Assembly: GCF_006345805.1 (NCBI RefSeq)
Contig: NC_042998.1
Span: 158,534,001 to 158,598,000, forward strand
Origin: Octopus sinensis
Taxonomy: Eukaryota
Direction: 5' to 3'
DNA length: 64,000 nt
Below the pieces are notes generated by a model. It saw only the letters and a list, made by a program, of their open reading frames with translations. It was not told where the DNA came from and searched no databases. How positions within the stretch are numbered: the stretch's first letter is position 1; every line of letters begins with the position of its first letter. Of this stretch, positions 41,472-54,125 are shown one piece after another. The position numbers and the translations under genes are program-made.

Positions 41472-42017
41472 GAGTGAGAGAGCAGTTCATGCCATCAAAG
41501 TGACACTGGGGTAAAATATACGAAGCCCAATATACCCATCATGACTACCCGTCTGATAAAGGTACACCAGGCACATGCATCACAACCATATGTGCGCGAC
41601 ATGGTGATCTCATATCAAGATACAGCACATGACCTTACAGGTGGGGCCCAGTTGAATTTTCTTCAGGTTGAGTAGCCCATCCCGCTCAAACGGTCCCTGA
41701 ATAAGGTTGTTTAAGGATGTTGAAAAAAACACCCATGTTTCCAGAGGTGAATTATTCAAACCCCAAAGAAACCTCTCAACACATGACTATGATGCTCCCC
41801 CACTACTTCTGCTCGTGATCAGAGATGCACATATCATCAGCCACTAAGGGACATGCTCAACTGGTTAAGTCAAGCAACTGACAACAATCTGTGGTATTGA
41901 GCAGAATATTTGCTGTAGCCCATCTTTTATACCAAGACAAAACAATGTACATGATAACACTTCCAATCAGTTAAGATCAGAAGCCATGAGAGCCACTGCC
42001 TGTTACTGCATCAGGGC
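41472..42017. mobile_element. ~530-bp non-coding interspersed element, copy 3 (apparently complete)
   Basis: From gagtgagagagcag to actgcatcagggc, embedded in (ATT)n on both sides. Confidence 0.88.
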
Positions 42018-42043
42018 ATTTATTATTATTATTATTATTATTA

Positions 42044-42087
<44 letters not shown>

Positions 42088-42112
42088 TATTATTATTATC
42101 ATTATTATTATA

Positions 42113-42163
<51 letters not shown>

Positions 42164-42180
42164 CATTATTATTATTATCA

Positions 42181-42224
<44 letters not shown>

Positions 42225-42344
42225 GTTATTTTTTATTATTATTATTATGTATGTGTGTATAATCAGCCGTAGGATTCGTTAGAATCGAGGTATTTTAAGT
42301 TGAGTCCCACGCATGCGTAGACATATGATACAAGTATATATTTC

Positions 42345-42512
42345 TTTACAACCCACAAGGGGCTAAACACAGAGGGGACAAACAAGGACAAACAAACAGA
42401 TTAAGTCGATTACATCGACCCCAGTGCGTAACTAGTACTTAATTTATCGACCCCGAAAGGATGAAAGGCAAAGTCGACCTCGGCGCAATTTGAACCCAGA
42501 ACATAGCGGCAG
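42345..42512 (-). mobile_element. SINE family A 3' portion
   Basis: cccacaaggggctaaacacagaggggacaaac...gaaaggatgaaaggcaaagtcgacctcggc. Confidence 0.8.
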
Positions 42513-42599
42513 ACTGTGTATATGATACAAGCATAGATACATATGTATATGATACAAGTATATATACATATAGTTATATTCGCGCATGTGTAGGAATAT

Positions 42600-42600
42600 A

Positions 42601-42631
<31 letters not shown>

Positions 42632-42663
42632 ATCTATCTATCTATTTTTCTTTCTTTCTTTCT

Positions 42664-42714
<51 letters not shown>

Positions 42715-42719
42715 GCCTC

Positions 42720-42754
<35 letters not shown>

Positions 42755-42822
42755 ATCTATGTATCTATCTATCTATCAATCTATCTATCTATTTATCTAT
42801 CTATCTCTATCAATAGATAGAT
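42600..42822. repeat. (TATC)n microsatellite
   Basis: Direct reading. Confidence 0.9.
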
Positions 42823-43178
42823 ATATCCGATGTAAGTTATGGATCCAAAGCAGGGATTATTCCAGACACGGCGTTTTCATAAAAGAACACTAGTATAGTT
42901 TGATGATTCACAACCACTGTTTCGGCAATATCTTTCCCTTATTATGATTACATAAAGAAACTGTTTTCAAGAGGTGGAAGAAAATTCAAAACGATTCGCT
43001 TTAAGAAACATTATGAAAGCTTTGATAACGCTTGTCAAAGCGAATCGTTTTGAATTTTCTTCTCCTACCTGATGAGAGCGGTCCTTTTTTCTTTTGTGAT
43101 GTAATTGTAGTAATAGAACTAATTGTAGTAATAGAACTAATAGATACATGTATGAATGCATGTATGTATGTATGTATA

Positions 43179-44428
43179 TCAGATTAAGTAAAAAGTAAGC
43201 AACGTTTTGAACGATAAAGGATTTGTACCGGATGTTTGCAGTTTTGAATTTTTAAAAAAAATTTTGTGAAATTGTCTGCTTATACAGACATAGACCTGCC
43301 CAGGTTCATCAGTAAATTAACATTGATATTTGTTTTCACCGTTGACACAATCATCTGAAATGGAAGTGTCAAAGTGCGATATTCGAGCAATTTTGCTTTC
43401 AACTTAAAAAAAGAAAGAAAGAAAATGGTTTAAACGAATTTGCAGTGGATATCTGAGCCTTAAAGATCGTGAGCGTAGTGGATGCCCATCTGTCATCGAT
43501 GACGGTCAATTAAAGACCGTCACTGAGAAAATCAACGTAAAACCACTCGACTACTAGCAAACGAACTTCAAGTTAGCCTGCAACCATTCGCATGCGATCA
43601 GAAAATCAAAAATGCTCGACAAATGAGTACTACATTATTTGAATAAAAATCAGAAAATGTGCAGATATGAAATTTACTCGTCGCTTCTTTTCCGTAACGG
43701 GACCGATCCATTTCTTGACTGTTTTGAAACTTGCGATGAAAAGTGGATTCTGTACAATAATAAAAAAACGTTCTTCGCAGTGGTTTGACCAAAATGAGGC
43801 CCCGAAAACCTTCCCTAAACCCGAGCTCGTTAAAAAAAAAGGTTATGGTGACTGTTTGGTGGTGTACTGCTGGACTCATCTACTATAACTTCTTAGCACA
43901 CGGAAAAACTATTATCCGGAGACATATTGCCATGAAATTGAAAAATGAACGATAAACTGCTACTCCTTCGTCCCAGACTGGCCAACAGATGAGAGCCAAT
44001 CGTTCTTCATGACAATGCCCGACTATACGTTTCACTAATGACGCGCCAGAAGTTGAGGGAACACGGTTACGAAGTTCTTCAGCAGACTACCCCTTTTTTT
44101 TCAAGCAATTTGATGGTTTCCTGCGAGAGAAGGAGTTCTAAAGTCAAATCTATGCTGAAAGTATGTTCAAAGAGTTCATCAGCTCCAGAACACCAGATTT
44201 TTATGTTACCAGAATAAACAAACTTGTAACTCGCTGGTAAAAATGTTTTGATTGTAATGGTGCTTACTTTGATGAATAAAAATTTCCGCATTAAATCCTT
44301 AAAATCTTTTAAAATGTTTTAGCCCGAAGGCCGCGGTTACGCTGGGGCACCATCGCTGGTGCCACCGCTGGCACCACCGCATTGTTGAAATATATTTTAA
44401 AACGTTGCTTACTTTTTACTCAGCCTCT
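43179..44428 (+). mobile_element. Mariner (DD34D, Mos1/Hsmar-like) DNA transposon, decayed
   Basis: Imperfect ~30-bp TIRs sharing AGTAAAAAGTAAGCAACGTTTT (43188-43208, and its reverse complement at about 44396-44420), each bounded by TA (43177-78, 44429-30). Transposase remnants: SGYLSLKDRERSGCP, TCDEKWILYNN, QWFDQNEAPK, VMVTVWW, LHDNAR, INKLVTRW. Confidence 0.9.
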
Positions 44429-45243
44429 TAAGTGCTAAGTTTGACTACTTTCTGTCACATCTGTAGCAAGGAAAAAAATTACACGCAAAATACAGGTGAA
44501 TGTCAATCTATTTGATCAAAGTGCTTCCCTTAGAAATATTAACCTTGTGCTTTCCCAAATTATTTGTAAAGACCTATATTAAACGAACTAACAGAGAGTA
44601 ACAGGCTTAAGAAATCGCGCTTGGTCCTGGGTAACATTAGCGGAGTTCAATGTGCTGCAATTAGTAGGACCACACAACAGGCAGTTTTCCAAATTTTCCC
44701 TACGAACATAGGTGTGCATACATGTTCAGATTAATCATTGTCCGTACCAATTTCGCCAGACTTGGAAAGCAAGCAAAGTTTATTGAACGGGTATTTTCAT
44801 TTTCATTTTCATGAAAAAAAGCAACTCCTGATTACGTTAATTACACTGTCAAGCTTAGAGCCTTAGTATCATGATTCGAAGACCTCAAAGGCCATAATAG
44901 TGATAGGCAAAAACAGGCATAGGCATAGGCGGATATGATGTAAATGCTGGTTCGTTTCTATAATGAATTTAATCTACACTTATACCACTGACGTTTTTGG
45001 AAGATGCATGAAAGTTATACAGTCGGATAAAACGCCTGGCGTTATTTTTTCCAGTGCTTTACGTTCTTTGTTCAAATAGTGCCGATTTGAAATCTCCCTT
45101 TTATGATATAATTATGTTCGATATAATTAAGTATAATCCTCTCCTTATAATTTCTGGCTTTGTACCCATGAAGCATTTGTGATATAAAAAACTTAATCAT
45201 TTTTAACCAAATGACTAATTTTTACTAGTTTTTCTATACTCAG

Positions 45244-45444
45244 CCGTCCAAAATGAGCGTCAGCCACGAAACACGGCTCAAGTTCGACACGATCAAATTG
45301 AATCGGAGATCGATCACGCCTTAACAGCAAACAGTGCAACAGTTTCAGCGACTCATCCAGCTTTTAGTCCGGGAGCTAACCACCGATTTATGGCAAGCCT
45401 AATGTCTGCAGAGACATGCGCCAAGCTGGAACCGGATGATGGAG
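45244..45444 (+). CDS. NR2E3: NR2E3/PNR-type nuclear receptor, exon after the DNA-binding domain (T/A box and hinge), phase 1-1
   Basis: Acceptor ...tttttctatactcAG at 45242-43 and donor GAG|GTCAGT at 45445. The 201 nt translate (A)VQNERQPRNTAQVRHDQIESEIDHALTANSATVSATHPAFSPGANHRFMASLMSAETCAKLEPDDG. AVQNERQPR and FMASL..AETCAKLEP match vertebrate NR2E3 as I recall it. Missed by the ORF track. Confidence 0.93.
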
Positions 45445-45522
45445 GTCAGTACAAAATTTCTCATTCTTTCTCTTTTTCCCTCCCTCTCCACTCTCTTTCT
45501 TTCTCTTTCCTCTCTTTCCTAG

Positions 45523-45583
<61 letters not shown>

Positions 45584-45630
45584 TATATATATACAAAATA
45601 AGAAAATGGAGAAATACATCCAAATCAAAT

Positions 45631-45678
<48 letters not shown>

Positions 45679-45943
45679 GTAACAAACTGAGGAAAAGAAA
45701 TCCTTCAAAGGGTGTGTTAACATCCAATTCACTGGCACGTCAGTTGAATACTGGTATAATGCAATTACAAAGATAAATTAAATTGAGAGATACTATTGAC
45801 AATCCAATAATTTATCTATAATATAATATTATATGATACACTATGAATATAATACATCATAATATTATATAGCATAGACAAGTATTTAAAAAAAACGTAA
45901 TAGGCTAACAAATTGTTTCGACTTATATGTATATATATATATG

Positions 45944-47000
45944 AAGGCCAGCCAAAGTCAGTAATGGTGTTCCACAAGGCACTGTGTTGGGCCCACTTCT
46001 TTTCATCATCTACATTAACGACATTACTGACATCATCAAGCACTGCAACATAATTTTTACAGGTGATTCCAAACTCCAGAAGGTCATCAATGAAGCGGGT
46101 GACCGGACATGCCTTCAGTCAGACCTACTAGCTGTCACCCATTGGGCGGAAGAGAACAATACGCTGCTGAACGAGGACAAATTTGAATTAATCCACTTCG
46201 GAAAAGAGGACACTCTGAAATTCCCATACTCCCTTCCTTGAGGTGAAACTCCTATAACATCCAATAACATCAGAGATTTGGGAGTAATTGTGGACAATAA
46301 CATTAGCTGGGCGGCTTATATAAACAGCAAAGTTGATATGACCCGCAGAATATGTTCCTGGATTCTCAGAATTTGCCAGTCGAGAGATATCCACACCATT
46401 ATTCTTCTCTTCTCCACTTTCGCCCGAACGCACCTTGAATATTGTTGTCCACTTTGGTCTCCCCACACGAAAAAAGTATCATGAAAGTTGGAGCACCTCA
46501 AAGATCAATTACAAAAAAGATAGTTGGCATGACCGGCCTTGATTATTGGGGTCGTCTAGAAAGCCCAAGCTTTATTCTCTCCTAGTCGCTGTGAGCATTA
46601 CATCATCTGCATGATATGGAAGATATTCCATCAGCCACGTTTAAGATACACCCAAGGCTTGGGTCCCGTGCTACCCGACCACAACATAAATCCCACTTGC
46701 ATCTCGTAACAACAATACAGCACAATTATTTCACCTCAATTGGCCCCGCCCTAACGTTACACAAAAACACATCAAAGCAGGAACAGACCCCATGAAGTGC
46801 AAGAAGCATTTGGACAAATTCTTGCAAGAAATCTAGAATAAACCTCCTACATCTGGATATGTCTCTGTAAACAATAACTCTCTACTTGAGCGGGCCATGT
46901 AGTCCGAATCCTGTTTTGAATGACTTCCTCAGGCGGTGCTACTAAACAAGACATTGCCTGGGCCAATACTGGTCGAAAACTATCAAAGTATCAAAGTAGA
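45944..47000 (+). mobile_element. 5'-truncated CR1/L2-group LINE, second family, degenerate
   Basis: GVPQGTVLGPLLFIIYIND, LQSDL, RDLGVIVD, ARTHLEYCCPLWSP. The FADD motif has decayed to FTGD. Tail tatcaaag x2 at 46981-46997. Confidence 0.88.
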
Positions 47001-47001
47001 C

Positions 47002-47088
<87 letters not shown>

Positions 47089-48148
47089 ATGTGTGTGTGT
47101 ATGTATGTATATATGCATGTATGTATGTATGTATGTGTGTGTATGTATATTTATAAATGTATATATGTGTGTGCGTGTGTGTGTATAAATTATGCAAGTA
47201 TATATATATGTATACTTGCACAATTTATACACACACATGCACACACACACACACACACATATATATCAACAAAATTTCCGAGTACGACGACAGGTAAGAT
47301 AGCATTTCCGCCATCGACTACCTGAGTTTATCTTAAATTTTCTTGTGACAACTATAGTTAAGAACTTCATGCATAGTGTCTCCGCTTTAGTGTGTATCTT
47401 TAAAATGGATTTTCAACCCACCACTAGATGAGCGTACCTATGGACATAAAGCATAGCAGTTTCGCAGTGGTGCAGTTGGATTGGTGAGCAAATAAACTTC
47501 CTTGCTCTACAGAGAGGCGACCTTTCATAACTGAAAACCGACTTTTAACAGTTTAATGTGATTACAATGCAAATATGAGTACCTTGCGAATCTTTACCTT
47601 ATAGAACTTCAACAAACTGCATTTTTCGAGTATTACATTTCCTTATTTGAAGGGCAATTTGAATTTTCTTGAGCAGCAAACTGTACTTTGTTGATATAAA
47701 CCACGATTTACTACTGTTCAGTGTAATATATTCTCAACAATAGTGTTAACTTCCAAGAAGTAAATGTTATCTTTTGTGAAGTTATGAAACGAATTTCTTT
47801 TTTGTGCTGGGTACGCTCACTGAAAGCTAATTCCTTACAGAATAATTGCTTCGGGCGCCTGAAATCTCCAAAAGAGAGGACATGAACAACCTATTGCATA
47901 TCATAATTCAAGAGGCGAACTTCCGTACTGAGACAGCTTGCCCTTTCCTGCACTTCTGCATTAGGTGATAAAGATTCCATCTGATGCTTATTATAAGCCC
48001 TATGCATGTCTGTTTTAATGTGCCGTCGGTATGGCGTCCAGACGATCTACATTATTACATAAAATACATACAAACATGCATGCATACTTCTATACACACC
48101 TACATGTATTTGAAAGAAATAAAGAAGGAAAGATAGATAGATAGATAT

Positions 48149-48228
<80 letters not shown>

Positions 48229-48316
48229 GTGGGTTGTTAGAAAATAGATAAATGGATATATAGAGATTATCTAACCGTGCATCATCCTCTACCTTTATTT
48301 CTGTCTACCTATCCCT

Positions 48317-48338
48317 CTGTCAGTCCAGACAGACAGGC

Positions 48339-48427
<89 letters not shown>
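48317..48427. repeat. (GATA)n flanking the Tx1-like insertion
   Basis: Direct reading. Continues as GATA/CATA/GA repeats at 50367-50468. Confidence 0.92.
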
Positions 48428-50366
48428 TGTTTCTTTATTAGCCACACAGGGCTGCACTTAGACGGGGCAGATTACAAAGTAGAGCTTTTCTTTTTTGGGG
48501 AAAGAAAAAAAAAGGTGGGGTAGGTTTTCGATCAGAAGGGATCGTAAAAGGGAAAGGAGAAAAAGAAGAGAAAAAGGAAAAGAAACAAAAGAAAAAAACG
48601 ATCAATAGGGATCGTGTATCACAGTGTCATGATGTAAGGTGTAAAGGGGGAAGCAGATAAGGTTTATCTGTGGGAAGAAAAGCCTACGGAAAAGACCACG
48701 GTAACCTCGGTCAATATTGTTACATGTTACCACATTTATTTGTAAGTAAGTAACCCTCTGTTTTAAATTTCCGGGTTCATAGGATTATGCTCAAGGTGGC
48801 TTCGTCATTCATACGTGCCATCCTTGCTACATTCACCCATCTTTTTTTAAAACATTCGCTAGACAAAACTTGCCTCTCTACTCTCACTTTCCTTTTCAAG
48901 TGATACTTGAAGAAGTTGATGAGAGATTGACCAGAGAAGAAAGTGTTTGTTTCCAATCCTTTGAGACGCGTCCACCAGATACATTCTTTCGCCATAGCCA
49001 CAAGGATGATGAAAATAGCTCTTCCTTCCTGTTTGAAGGAAGGAGGCGTGACAATATTGACGATAGACTCGGCTGATAAACCGACTCGTCCCACACGTGA
49101 CAGCAGTTGTTCGACATAGGCCCACAGATCGGAAATTGTTGGACACTGCACGAGTGCGTTCAGAACGGTTTCGTTGCTCTGACCGCATCTCGGGTTGGTC
49201 GGCCGTGTCTGTAGAGCTTATCCGAACGGGTAGCGCTTCTCGGTAGCACTGCCAGGCCAGGGATCTCTGGAAGTTGTCCATGGGCCCTGGCTCGAAAGTC
49301 GTCTTGAACAGGCTTGGGTTGTGTTGAAGTCACTCAAGGTCGACCTGGGACGGCATAGTTGCTTGAGAGCAACGCGACACTCGCTGTGGCATTCGCCCTT
49401 TCTCCGCCTCTTTTTGATCCACGACTGCAGTTCGGTCATGGAGACGAGTTGCGGGAAAGCGTGCCTCACAAACGGCGACTACACCTGTTCACCGTCGTCT
49501 ATGTAGAGCCTGAGATGTCGCAGTCTCAGCGCGTATCTGCGCATCATCAACCAGGGCATGCCCAGTCCTCCTTTTAACGGGTGTTGACAGCAAATGGATC
49601 GCCTGACCATCGGGACCCATCCTTTCCACAAGAAGCGAAAGAGAATGCGTTCTAGTTTGGTGATGGTAGGGTCGGGACGAGGCACGACGGTCAGGCGGTA
49701 GTAGATGACGGACGCGATGTACGAGTTCGCCACCTCCGCCCGACCTTTTGAAGACAGTTTCCTCTCGGTCCATTGCCTGGCGAGAGTGACCACCCTATAC
49801 GTTATCTCGTTCCAGTTCTTCTCCATTTGGAGGCCCGAACCAAACCAGACCCCGAGCAACTCGACCGGACCGTCGGTCCAGCGTCCCACGACGGAAGCGT
49901 TGGTGGACGGCATGGGCTTGCTTCTCCAGGTGCCGAGTCGCAATCCCACTGATTTTTCCCGGTTGATTTTCGCCCCTGTCACCGCTTCGTAGTCTTTCAG
50001 TGCCTCGCTGACCTGCTTGATGTGCTCGTGGCTAGACACTATGACGGTGACGTCGTTCGCGTATGCAGACACGCTCGTCCCGCATCCCAATTCTCGCGGG
50101 ATGCCCCTCAGCTTCCACAATAATGGCTCGAGAGTCAATACGTAGAGAAGCGACGAGAGGGGGCATCCCTGACGGAAAGAACGTGCAATGTCGAAAGGTT
50201 TCGATAGATGTTCATTTACGCGAATAACCGAATAGATGCCTCCGTACAAAGCGGCTATCCAGCCGCGAAAGGCGGGACCGAAACCAGCCGCTCTGAGGAC
50301 AGCCTCCAAGTATCGATGGTCTACCCTATCGAAAGCTTTCGATTGATCCAAATTGATTAGCGTCTT
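48428..50366 (-). mobile_element. 5'-truncated Tx1/L1-clade LINE inserted in (GATA)n
   Basis: Minus frames give LDQSKAFDRVDH, RQGCPLS, SAYANDV, NREKS, LLGVWF, GGLG, PRCGQSNETVLNALVQCP (zf-RVT-like) and a Tx1-type C-terminus. About 350 nt of 3' UTR with AATAAA (tttatt at 48434-39). Both junctions fall in GATA repeats. Confidence 0.9.
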
Positions 50367-50422
50367 GATAGATAGATAGATTGATAGATAGATAGATACA
50401 TACATACATACATACATAGATT

Positions 50423-50472
<50 letters not shown>

Positions 50473-51096
50473 AGATACCAGTATCGTGTCTGCCACCAGT
50501 AAAACTTCCACCACCAATTCCATTCCTACCATAACTACGACCACTACCAAACCTAGCACAACATAGTCACTCTTACATTTATCACCACCACCATCACAAA
50601 TACTACCACGCCCTCCCCATATAGTTCAACCCACTAAACACCAACAGCAGCAATGTGTATAATGGAAGATTCTGCAACGGCTGAAACATTATGTCAGATA
50701 CTGAATAGTTGTTAAATCAACAAGCGTGAAATTTGTTGGTATTGACGATTTTACGTCGAGAGACTATAACAACAGCAACAAAAACAATGTATTAAATATT
50801 CGCCTTCGACATGACAACTATTATTGCTACTACTGCATCTTGCAGTTACTGTTATTACTAACGTATCACTGTTGCTGGTGTTGTACAGTTTGCGCATAAA
50901 CTTTGTATTTCGCTATGATGAGTTTTCTTCTGCTTCGTGACTTATTCTACGTCTTGCCTGAAGACGTTTAGAACTGTGTAAATAATAAGTAAATCAAGTC
51001 ACGCTCACTCGCTGTGTTTTTCTCTCTCTAACTTTCACTTTCTCTTTCCAACTCCCACTTTCTCTCTCCAACCCACATTTTTACCCTCTCTTTCTT

Positions 51097-51135
<39 letters not shown>

Positions 51136-52029
51136 ATCTATCTATCTATCTATCTATTTATCTATGTCTATCTCTATCCATCGCTATCACTTTTTATCCC
51201 TCTCCTGTCTCTAACTTTCAGCCTCACTTTCTCGTTTTATCAGACGTATATTGACACAAATAAAACACATGCATACAAACATGCTGGCTAACGTACAAGC
51301 ATACATGTATTTATACACATACGCATTCATATATAACATGTGTACGTGCATTTACATGCATATCTACATGCACACATATACATAAATGTATATACAATCA
51401 TACATACATATATATATACACACATGCATGTGTAAATATATATATACGTATATATATATATTATATATATATACATATATATACATATATACGTAGATAC
51501 ACACATATATACATACATGCATACATGCATACATACACATATATTCACACATACAATGTATACATATAGGCTAGGTATCTGGGACTAAGAAAAAGAAACA
51601 GTAGGAAAATCAGTTGTCCAATAGTTGTGAACATAATGTTAGAGATAAAGATTAAGAAATCTATGTAGAACTTGAGAAATCGGTAGATATTCCAGCCAGG
51701 CTAAAATTTTAGATCTCTGCCTGTATTTTTTGGGTTTTTTTTTTTTAATGTAATTATTAACTAGAGCAAAACATTTCTTGAGAAGCCGAGATTCATAAAA
51801 CCAAAAAGGACACAACTAATTAAGTTAGAACAGTCACATGCCATTTATAAAACTGTATAAATAAGTAAACTATTGCTTAAGTTCACTCCGTAACATGTAC
51901 AAATACATGCGTATAGAATTACTGCATATGTATATATATATATATTATCTATATATATATATATATTATATATATATATTAATATATATATATTATATAT
52001 ATGTATTATTTAAATATATTTAATGACCG

Positions 52030-52108
52030 AATGTACTGATGAAGTCACGGACATTTGAATTATTAAGTACTATGTCTTTTGTTAAAGACCGAAACCGAGG
52101 TATGCATT
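52030..52108 (+). ncRNA. Type I hammerhead ribozyme motif
   Basis: AAUGUA-CUGAUGA-AGUC...GACC-GAAA-CCGAGG-UA-UGCAUU: 6-bp helix I (one G-U), helix II GUC/GAC with inner GACAU/AUGUC, short helix III, GUA cleavage triplet. Confidence 0.7.
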
Positions 52109-52278
52109 TAAGTCTGTTTTTTATTTAAATTTTCATATGTCCTGCCCACCAAATTTGGTTCTGGTGTTCGCTGAATTCTTCCTCTAGAGAATTTCCCTTG
52201 TAGTTTGATCGTTGATGATCTTTTTCTAGCATTCGGCCGGCTACCTTAGCAGGCCAGCCCTGCCAATATACATATACA

Positions 52279-52337
<59 letters not shown>

Positions 52338-53007
52338 TATATATATATATATATACACATATATATATATAAGTCAAAATATACTGATGTACACATGCTG
52401 TGAATAAAATGCATTCTTCTAGACATGCATATGCAGATACATATATACATATATAACTACACGAATATGGGGATACAGACCAGGATACACGCGCAGATAC
52501 ACGCATAGTGTCATACATACATAACTATCCAGTTGGTGTTGTCTTACTTTCCAAAGGAGCTTTGCTTCTCGCTTAGATTGAAATGGTTTGCAGTATCTGC
52601 TCCGGTTTTCTGTGTTCGAACGGCACAGCCGCTAACAACAATGGTGCCAAGATATGTTGTTCTTAACCCTTGGCCAGCATTGTTGGCATGGAAACAGAAG
52701 TCTTGTATGCATGAGCGACTTATAGTCTTCCACAAAATAACTGAGTTTACACATTGGACAAGAAAATTACACATTCAGATAATTGTTTAACTAAAATAAT
52801 GATCGACAGTGACCTTAGTCTAATATTTGAATATGTGTTTAAGTGCGTGCGCATCTGTGTACATTTTTTAAACTCAGAGTTCATCTCGAATCTAGCACAG
52901 GTTCTGCATTTACATTCATCTTATTGATGCGACCATCTAATATTAAAGGCCTATAACCGATAATCATATACATACATAACATACATACATACATACATAC
53001 ATATACA

Positions 53008-53040
<33 letters not shown>

Positions 53041-54125
53041 TATATATATATATATAATATATATATATATACATGTATATATATACACACACAAACATCA
53101 AGGGTAGAAAGTGGAAATCCAACAACAGACAACAAACGGAAAAATAGACGATAGCATAACATATACACAATGCATACATACATACATGCATGCATGCATA
53201 CAATTTAGTGCAGGTTTCTGACAAAAGAAATATGCGACATCCTATCATAATAAAAGCTGTAATATGCACTTAGCACATGGAACAAACAGTTGAAATACAA
53301 ACTATTGAGAAAATCTCTAAAACATCACTTGAGGCGCTCTAATAGCTACCAGATATCCTGCACATCATGACTTACTGTCTTTGAAAACGAAGGTACTATA
53401 AAGAATATGGGATGATCGCAACAGTGATACGTTTCATCATAGAAACGCTCCTTAGAATTGGGCTTAGGTTAGTTAACAATAAGTAACTGTTGTACCTGAC
53501 GTCTTCACTGTATGTACAATTTTCCTCTCAAAACACTACGTCCATAAAATATTTTTATTTCTGGACAAATATCGCAGTAAATTTGCCTTTAACCAATGTA
53601 TTTATATTAGGTATAATACATCGATGGTTATTTGATTCTAATAGTGTTTCTGGTGTAAATAGCCGAGCGGCGATTCGCTATATCAGAGAATGATTATTCA
53701 CTGTTTTCTTCTATATTGGTGATGAGAAATTTGATCTAAGTATGTTGTTGGCTGTTAATACACGCTATTTAAAACGCCCAACGAGGCAGAAATGCACATG
53801 GTGTTGTCACTAGCCATTGCTAAGACGATTTTCGTTTCCCTCCAAAATATATTGTGTTTTTATAAACAGTATCTTCATAAGAAATAATATCTCTAGACAT
53901 ACACCGCAGCAAGTTTGCCTTTCAATACTTTATTTACCTTAAGAATAATACATAGATTTCTATTTTAATCTAATACTGCTCCTTTTGCAAATAACGACAT
54001 AAATATTATACATGGTCTTTATTTTGTACTTGACATATTCCACATGATATAAAAATGTGTTAAAATGCTTTCGGCACGTCAGTTTCAGTGATATAGTTCA
54101 GGTGTGTTTATTTTTGCTATTTCAG

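Noticed and set aside
43069-43110. CTGATGAGAGCGGTCC
   Set aside because: No downstream GAAA or helices.
46900-46935. Minus-strand CTGAGGA-AGTC...GACT
   Set aside because: It lacks GAAA and is better explained as the 3' UTR stem-loop of the CR1-like LINE.
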